A stretch of DNA of 32,000 bases, from NCBI RefSeq assembly GCF_000195955.2, contig NC_000962.3:750001-782000 (forward strand). The letters are read 5' to 3'. The stretch comes from Mycobacterium tuberculosis H37Rv. Lineage in GTDB: Bacteria; Actinomycetota; Actinomycetes; Mycobacteriales; Mycobacteriaceae. Shown piece by piece: positions 1 through 6,136 of the stretch (positions are counted from its first letter, which is position 1; each line of letters opens with the position of its first letter). The notes under the pieces are model-generated. The model saw only the letters and a program-made list of their open reading frames with translations. It searched no databases and was not told the DNA's origin. A program made the position numbers and the translations under genes.

Positions 1-1505
1 TGACCACCGCACAAGCCGCCGAATCCCAAAACCCATATCTCGAGGGCTTCCTGGCGCCGGTGAGCACCGAGGTAACTGCCACCGACCTGCCGGTCACCGG
101 CCGCATTCCGGAACACCTCGACGGGCGTTATCTGCGTAACGGCCCCAACCCGGTCGCGGAGGTCGACCCGGCCACCTACCACTGGTTCACCGGCGACGCC
201 ATGGTGCACGGAGTCGCGCTGCGCGACGGGAAGGCCCGCTGGTATCGCAATCGCTGGGTCCGCACACCCGCGGTGTGCGCCGCCCTGGGCGAGCCCATTT
301 CGGCCCGGCCTCACCCGCGCACCGGGATTATCGAGGGCGGTCCCAACACCAACGTGCTGACCCACGCCGGACGCACCCTGGCCTTGGTTGAGGCCGGCGT
401 GGTCAACTACGAACTCACCGATGAGCTGGACACCGTGGGACCCTGTGACTTCGACGGCACCCTGCACGGCGGTTACACCGCCCATCCGCAGCGTGATCCG
501 CACACGGGTGAACTGCACGCGGTGTCCTACTCGTTCGCCCGCGGACACAGAGTGCAGTACTCGGTGATCGGCACCGACGGACACGCTCGTCGGACGGTTG
601 ATATCGAGGTGGCGGGATCGCCGATGATGCACAGCTTCTCCCTGACCGACAACTACGTGGTGATCTACGACCTGCCGGTGACCTTCGACCCAATGCAGGT
701 GGTGCCGGCGTCCGTGCCACGCTGGCTGCAACGGCCCGCCAGGTTGGTGATCCAGTCGGTCCTGGGCCGTGTCCGCATCCCCGACCCGATAGCGGCGTTG
801 GGCAACCGGATGCAGGGTCACTCCGATCGCCTCCCGTACGCCTGGAACCCCAGCTACCCGGCGCGCGTCGGTGTCATGCCGCGCGAGGGTGGCAACGAGG
901 ACGTGCGGTGGTTCGACATCGAACCCTGCTACGTATACCACCCACTTAACGCCTACTCGGAGTGCCGGAACGGCGCTGAGGTGCTGGTGTTGGACGTGGT
1001 GCGCTACTCACGGATGTTTGATCGCGACCGGCGGGGTCCCGGCGGTGACAGCCGGCCCTCGCTGGATCGCTGGACCATCAACCTGGCGACCGGTGCGGTG
1101 ACCGCCGAATGCCGCGACGATCGGGCGCAGGAGTTTCCCCGCATCAACGAGACTCTGGTGGGTGGGCCGCATCGCTTCGCCTACACCGTCGGCATCGAGG
1201 GTGGGTTTCTCGTCGGCGCCGGCGCTGCGTTGTCGACTCCGCTGTATAAACAGGACTGCGTGACCGGGTCCAGCACGGTCGCCTCGCTCGATCCCGACCT
1301 GCTGATCGGCGAGATGGTGTTCGTGCCGAACCCGTCGGCGCGTGCAGAAGATGACGGGATTCTCATGGGCTACGGCTGGCACCGCGGCCGCGACGAAGGC
1401 CAGCTGCTCTTGCTGGATGCCCAGACTCTCGAGTCGATCGCCACCGTGCACCTGCCACAGCGTGTGCCGATGGGCTTCCACGGCAACTGGGCGCCGACCA
1501 CCTGA
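1..1505 (+). CDS. Carotenoid cleavage oxygenase (Rv0654-like), 5' end cut by one base at the window edge
   Basis: Frame open from base 1 (TG ACC ACC GCA CAA GCC...; the missing base would make an NTG start giving MTTAQAAESQNPYLEGFLAPVSTEV...). The protein has RPE65/carotenoid oxygenase features (YLRNGPNP, WFTGDAMVHGV, PMMHSFSLTDNYVVIYDLP, YGWHRGRDEG). Confidence 0.93.
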   Translation, partial: TTAQAAESQNPYLEGFLAPVSTEVTATDLPVTGRIPEHLDGRYLRNGPNPVAEVDPATYHWFTGDAMVHGVALRDGKARWYRNRWVRTPAVCAALGEPISARPHPRTGIIEGGPNTNVLTHAGRTLALVEAGVVNYELTDELDTVGPCDFDGTLHGGYTAHPQRDPHTGELHAVSYSFARGHRVQYSVIGTDGHARRTVDIEVAGSPMMHSFSLTDNYVVIYDLPVTFDPMQVVPASVPRWLQRPARLVIQSVLGRVRIPDPIAALGNRMQGHSDRLPYAWNPSYPARVGVMPREGGNEDVRWFDIEPCYVYHPLNAYSECRNGAEVLVLDVVRYSRMFDRDRRGPGGDSRPSLDRWTINLATGAVTAECRDDRAQEFPRINETLVGGPHRFAYTVGIEGGFLVGAGAALSTPLYKQDCVTGSSTVASLDPDLLIGEMVFVPNPSARAEDDGILMGYGWHRGRDEGQLLLLDAQTLESIATVHLPQRVPMGFHGNWAPTT

Positions 1506-1516
1506 CGGCGCCTCGG

Positions 1517-2596
1517 GTGCGATACAGTGACTCATACCACACAACGGGCCGGTGGCAGCCACGAGCGTCGACAGAAGGGTTTCCCATGGGCGTCAGCATC
1601 GAGGTCAACGGACTAACGAAGTCCTTCGGGTCCTCGAGGATCTGGGAAGATGTCACGCTAACGATCCCCGCCGGGGAGGTCAGCGTGCTGCTGGGCCCAT
1701 CGGGTACCGGCAAATCGGTGTTTCTGAAATCTCTGATCGGCCTCCTGCGGCCGGAGCGCGGCTCGATCATCATCGACGGCACCGACATCATCGAATGCTC
1801 GGCCAAGGAGCTTTACGAGATCCGCACATTGTTCGGCGTGCTGTTTCAGGACGGTGCCCTGTTCGGGTCGATGAACCTCTACGACAACACCGCGTTCCCC
1901 CTGCGTGAGCACACCAAGAAAAAGGAAAGCGAGATCCGTGACATCGTCATGGAGAAGCTGGCCCTAGTCGGCCTGGGTGGGGACGAGAAGAAGTTCCCCG
2001 GCGAGATCTCCGGCGGGATGCGTAAGCGTGCCGGCCTAGCGCGTGCCCTGGTCCTTGACCCGCAGATCATTCTCTGCGACGAGCCCGACTCGGGTCTGGA
2101 CCCGGTTCGTACCGCCTACCTGAGCCAGCTGATCATGGACATCAACGCCCAGATCGACGCCACCATCCTGATCGTGACGCACAACATCAACATCGCCCGC
2201 ACCGTGCCGGACAACATGGGCATGTTGTTCCGCAAGCATTTGGTGATGTTCGGGCCGCGGGAGGTGCTACTCACCAGCGACGAGCCGGTGGTGCGGCAGT
2301 TCCTCAACGGCCGGCGCATCGGCCCGATCGGCATGTCCGAGGAGAAGGACGAGGCCACCATGGCCGAAGAGCAGGCCCTGCTCGATGCCGGCCACCACGC
2401 GGGCGGTGTCGAGGAAATCGAGGGCGTGCCGCCGCAGATCAGCGCGACACCGGGCATGCCGGAGCGCAAAGCGGTCGCCCGGCGTCAGGCTCGGGTTCGC
2501 GAGATGTTGCACACGCTGCCCAAAAAGGCCCAGGCGGCGATCCTCGACGATCTCGAGGGCACGCACAAGTACGCGGTGCACGAAATCGGCCAGTAA
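1517..2596 (+). CDS. mkl: Mce-associated ABC transporter ATPase (MceG/Mkl)
   Basis: Walker A GPSGTGKS, signature EISGGMRKRAGLARAL, Walker B IILCDEPDSGLDP, plus C-terminal extension. Longest ORF starts GTG 1517; an internal ATG at 1586 (MGVSIEVNGLTKSF) is a plausible alternative start. Confidence 0.93.
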   Translation: MRYSDSYHTTGRWQPRASTEGFPMGVSIEVNGLTKSFGSSRIWEDVTLTIPAGEVSVLLGPSGTGKSVFLKSLIGLLRPERGSIIIDGTDIIECSAKELYEIRTLFGVLFQDGALFGSMNLYDNTAFPLREHTKKKESEIRDIVMEKLALVGLGGDEKKFPGEISGGMRKRAGLARALVLDPQIILCDEPDSGLDPVRTAYLSQLIMDINAQIDATILIVTHNINIARTVPDNMGMLFRKHLVMFGPREVLLTSDEPVVRQFLNGRRIGPIGMSEEKDEATMAEEQALLDAGHHAGGVEEIEGVPPQISATPGMPERKAVARRQARVREMLHTLPKKAQAAILDDLEGTHKYAVHEIGQ

Positions 2597-2983
2597 GGCG
2601 CGCGGGGATGCGACCGCCGGACCGCCGCAATCGGATGATTTCGCGTAACTTGCCGCATATCACCCGGAGACCGAATCGGGTCGGCCGCTGGAGGCGGCGC
2701 CTGTTCGGGAGCTGATCACGCAACGTTTGTATCTGCTGCCGACCTTCCGTTGGCGGCTCGCGTAGGTGGCACAGTCCGCGAAGTGCTTGGGCCGCTGATC
2801 AAGGCGCTCCCGGAGCACAATCCAGACATGTCAGGCCGTCACCGACGCACAGGCGACGGCCCTCGAGCAGCGTGGGAAGAGCCGGGCTCGTCGAGTGGAT
2901 CACACATTTCGAGGCGCTCTCGTGTATCGAGCGGCACATCAGCCATGCGTGTCTCCTTGTCCTGCCTTCTCCAGAGGAAACCG

Positions 2984-3367
2984 CTAGTCGTCGGCGCTGA
3001 CGACCCTCCGCACTCTGATGTCGGGAAGGTGACGCTCTGCGAGTTCGTAGTCGGCATCGTCGTGGAGGACTACTAGGCCCCTGGCCGCCGCAGTGTCGCA
3101 GATCAGCAGATCGACAACCGACAGGGCACCCACCGCTCCCGCCCGGGCGAGGCGGTGCTGTGCCGAATCGATCCACCGCCACACGGATTTCGGCACTGGC
3201 ACATCGGGGTAGACGTCACCAAACATCCGGCTCATCTGGTCGAACTCGTCCGCATTCCGCGCTGATCGGCAGAACTCGGCTCGTTGCGGTTCGCACGACC
3301 CGACGGCCCGCTGAGCAGCGCGGAGTTCCAGGCCTCGGTGGGTTCCGGTTGTCGTTGCAGCCGCCAA
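2984..3367 (-). CDS. vapC6: VapC6-like PIN-domain toxin as annotated (TTG start); N-terminus appears out of frame, probably a frameshifted gene
   Basis: 127 aa ORF with PIN motifs AVGSCEPQRAEF, SVVDLLICDTAAARGLVVLHDDADYE. The N-terminal catalytic-Asp segment MIYFLVDSSAVWRLQ lies in another frame (start at 3399). Confidence 0.75.
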   Translation of the reverse strand: MAAATTTGTHRGLELRAAQRAVGSCEPQRAEFCRSARNADEFDQMSRMFGDVYPDVPVPKSVWRWIDSAQHRLARAGAVGALSVVDLLICDTAAARGLVVLHDDADYELAERHLPDIRVRRVVSADD

Positions 3368-3461
3368 ACCGCTGAGGAATCCACCAGGAAATAGATCAAA
3401 TCCCGAGGGCCTTCTCGTCGTCCCGCGCGGCCACCCAGCCCTTGTAGTCCCAGCCTTTCGC

Positions 3462-3617
3462 CTACTCGCGCGAGCGGGCCAGGGCCTCGATGCGCCGAAA
3501 CCGTTCGACGTAATCGCGCATCGCGAGGTTCACGGCTTCCTTCTTTGTGTGCACGGCGGCGATGCGCATCACATCGGCCAGCGCTTCGTCGTCGAGGTCG
3601 ATCTGGGTCACCGACAC
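3462..3617 (-). CDS. vapB6: VapB6 antitoxin, 51 aa, likely C-terminally truncated by TAG
   Basis: GTG start with SD (ATAGGAGG); translation MSVTQIDLDDEALADVMRIAAVHTKKEAVNLAMRDYVERFRRIEALARSRE*. Ribbon-helix-helix-like VapB. Confidence 0.82.
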   Translation of the reverse strand: MSVTQIDLDDEALADVMRIAAVHTKKEAVNLAMRDYVERFRRIEALARSRE

Positions 3618-3692
3618 GACGGCCTCCTATGTTGAAGACATATCACATAAACATACGTAACCAACATCGCGAGGAGACCGTCTCGCGCCTGC

Positions 3693-4409
3693 TCAGGGCA
3701 ACGATATGGCGCCAGTCAGACCAAGCAGCAATACGATCCCGGGCAATAGGTTGGTCACTTGGTGCGTGACGATGCTGGCCAGTAGACCGCCGGAATAGAA
3801 CCGTGCCAGCGCGATCGGGATGGCCACCACCACCAGCAGTGGAGCTCGGGCGAACTCGAGATGGGCCAATGCGAAGACCACGGTGGTAACCACCAGCGCC
3901 GCCCACCGACCCCAGCGCCGATCCACAGCACCCCAGAGCAGCCCGCGGTAGATGATCTCTTCGCACAGTGGCGCGACGAACACCACGACCAGAAAGACGA
4001 CCAGCGCCCACGGCCAGGACGCCCGAACGCCACCGAAAATCCTTACTACAGCGGAATTCGCTTCTGGCCCAACGATAGCGGTGTAGACCAGCGACGCCGG
4101 AATCGTGACCAGCATTCCGCCGAAACCGAACATCAACCCGAGCCGCAGTCCGCGCCACGACCAGCGCAGCCGCAAGTCGGTGCGGAGGCCGTTGCCGCGG
4201 AGCCTGGTGATGAGGATGGCCAGCCCGGCGGCGACCACCGTGGGGGCGGCTAGCGCAAGGGCCAGCACCCCGGCAGACACCGGGCCGTGACCGGTAAGGA
4301 CAACCGCTAACGAAGTCGAGGCGACCAGGAATACCAGCTCGACGACCAAGAAGGCCCCAAGTCCCCAGCGGTGACTGGGGGCTACGGTATCGGCACGGCC
4401 CGCTTCCAC
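3693..4409 (-). CDS. CPBP-family (CAAX/Abi-type) intramembrane metalloprotease, 238 aa
   Basis: Multiple TM segments and the EEIIYRGLLWG motif (EExxxR) plus VVFALAHLEF and SIVTHQVTN (histidine motifs). Matches Rv0658c position. Confidence 0.85.
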   Translation of the reverse strand: MEAGRADTVAPSHRWGLGAFLVVELVFLVASTSLAVVLTGHGPVSAGVLALALAAPTVVAAGLAILITRLRGNGLRTDLRLRWSWRGLRLGLMFGFGGMLVTIPASLVYTAIVGPEANSAVVRIFGGVRASWPWALVVFLVVVFVAPLCEEIIYRGLLWGAVDRRWGRWAALVVTTVVFALAHLEFARAPLLVVVAIPIALARFYSGGLLASIVTHQVTNLLPGIVLLLGLTGAISLP

Positions 4410-4684
4410 GGCTCCGACGGTATCGAAGTGTCACCGCCACCGGCGCTGACGTCGAGCCGGCGGACGGCCGGCTGCTACGCGCGCGGTACCTCGTCGGGCG
4501 GATCGGGTTCGGTCGATCGACGCGAAATATGTTGGCGACTGGCAACTTCCGGTGCTTGCCACGGTCTCAACTCTCACCGCCGTGTTGATCCGGACCGACG
4601 GATGTGTCGCCGAACCGACCATATCGTGGGCTTGCTGACGCGCTCATCAGTCGGTTCGGGTGGCCACGTGCAACCAGCCCCCGC

Positions 4685-4993
4685 TCAACACCCCGTGCTC
4701 GCCCGGAGTGTTTGACAGGCTTCGTGCAGGCGGGCCGGGGACAGCCGGGTGATGCGGCGTCGGAATGCGGTGCGTGGCAACGTATGAATGTTGTCGAAGT
4801 TGACGACGCAGTCGCTCGGAACACGGTTTTCGACGGCCGTGAGCTCCAATTCCGACACCAGGCCTCGGCGGGTGCGGGTTAGGGCCACCACAACGACCGC
4901 GCCGATGCGGTCTGCCACCGGATCTCTGGTAAGGACAAGTACTGGTCTGTCACCACCAGGTGTGGCGGCAAACCACAATTCACCGCGCCGCAT
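4685..4993 (-). CDS. mazF2: MazF-type endoribonuclease toxin (MazF2)
   Basis: MRRGELWFAATPGGDRPVLVLTRDPVADR...VVVALTRTRRGLVSELELTAVENRVPSDCVVNFDNIHTLPR, a typical MazF/PemK fold; its start overlaps the end of mazE2. Confidence 0.92.
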   Translation of the reverse strand: MRRGELWFAATPGGDRPVLVLTRDPVADRIGAVVVVALTRTRRGLVSELELTAVENRVPSDCVVNFDNIHTLPRTAFRRRITRLSPARLHEACQTLRASTGC

Positions 4994-5225
4994 CGGCCCA
5001 GTCGGCCCAGTCCTCCGCCGGCCCCCAGTCGGCGATCTCAGCCAGTGCGTTCTCGTCGTCCGTCAACGGTCGCTCGGTGTAGGCCTGGACATCCTGGTCC
5101 GCGGCCAGCGCGGCCAAGTGACGTCGCAGCGCATCGCGCAGCAGCTCGGAGCGGCCGATGTGTAGGCGACGCGCCCACGCGTCGGCCAGGTCGACGTCGT
5201 GGTCGTCGGCGCGGAAGCTGAGCAT
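4980..5225 (-). CDS. mazE2: MazE2 antitoxin (ribbon-helix-helix); alternative ATG at 5231
   Basis: MLSFRADDHDVDLADAWARRLHIGRSELLRDALRRHLAALAADQDV..., immediately upstream of and overlapping mazF2. Confidence 0.9.
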   Translation of the reverse strand: MLSFRADDHDVDLADAWARRLHIGRSELLRDALRRHLAALAADQDVQAYTERPLTDDENALAEIADWGPAEDWADWADAAR

Positions 5226-5264
5226 CGTCATACATCGAGTTTAGAGCGTATGACATTGTCGGCC

Positions 5265-5326
5265 GGCGAGCAGACGCATAAGCCCCCGCACGCTCGGCGT
5301 GTCGGGGGCTTATGCGACTGCTCGCC
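5265..5326. terminator. Large near-perfect inverted repeat (TRIT-like hairpin) downstream of vapBC7
   Basis: ggcgagcagacgcataagcccccg / cgggggcttatgcgactgctcgcc: 24-nt arms with one mismatch, 14-nt loop. Confidence 0.8.
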
Positions 5327-5334
5327 CGGGGCCG

Positions 5335-5772
5335 TCAGCGGTCGCCGAGCAGGCTGACCATCCCGGCCGCGTCGGGAATGACGTGCACGACATCCGACAG
5401 ATCGGCGAACGCCGGGTCAGCCGAGACAAGAGCGGTCGCGCCGGCGCTTGCGGCAACCGCCGCGAGCACCGCGTCGCAGGCTTCAAGCCCTGGCGTTGTC
5501 TCGAACAGCGTCAGGCCGCGCTTCGAGGTGGCCTCGATTGATGGTGAGTAGCGGCGAGAGCAGTTCGGCATAGTCACACGGCCCAGCGCGGCGGCGTCGC
5601 TGCGGTCGCGCCGGCGGGCGCGTACGTGGACGAACTCCTGGATCACCTCGGCGGTGGTGGTCGCAGCGATGCGTTCGTCGGCGATTGCCGCGACGAGATC
5701 GCGGCAGGGATCGCGGAGTGGATGCTCGGCGCCTTTGGCATAGACGAGGACGGTGGTGTCGAGCACTATCAT
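5335..5772 (-). CDS. vapC7: VapC7 PIN-domain toxin
   Basis: [19 protein letters not shown]...[16 protein letters not shown]...[29 protein letters not shown], with all PIN acidic positions present. Confidence 0.92.
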
Positions 5773-6023
5773 CCGCGGCGCGCCCGGAGGGCCTCGAGTT
5801 CCTGCTTCAGCTCCCGCGGCTCGGGAACGGACATGTCGGCGGCGTCGAGCAGGCGCCTGCCCGCGGACTTGCGGCGACCGGCGGGGCTGACGAGGCCTCG
5901 ATCAATGGCCTCACGCACGACGGTTGCGACCGGGACGCCTCGCTCGCGCGCCACCGCGGTGATGCGGCGGTGGCACTCGTCGTCGAGCAGGATCTGGAGC
6001 CGATGCGCCAGACGCATGCTCAT
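5769..6023 (-). CDS. vapB7: VapB7 antitoxin
   Basis: 84 aa [44 protein letters not shown]..., overlaps vapC7 start by 4 nt. The 126-aa longest ORF adds an N-terminus that looks non-coding. Confidence 0.88.
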
Positions 6024-6136
6024 ACATTTAGCATGCTGAAATTTGGGCGGCGGCTGCCATTGCGGTCGCGTTGACCCGCGGACGGCCCAGACGCTGCGGT
6101 TGTAGCGTCGATAGGCACGCGTATTAGGGAGGAACA

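Noticed and set aside
3643-4545. 300-aa minus-strand ORF overlapping Rv0658c
   Set aside because: The 238-aa frame has TM segments and EExxxR/His motifs; the 300-aa frame has no recognisable domain and is Arg/Pro/Ser-rich.
4410-4684. Gap between the CPBP protease gene and mazF2 examined for gene relics
   Set aside because: No convincing family-like segments found in any frame; left unassigned.
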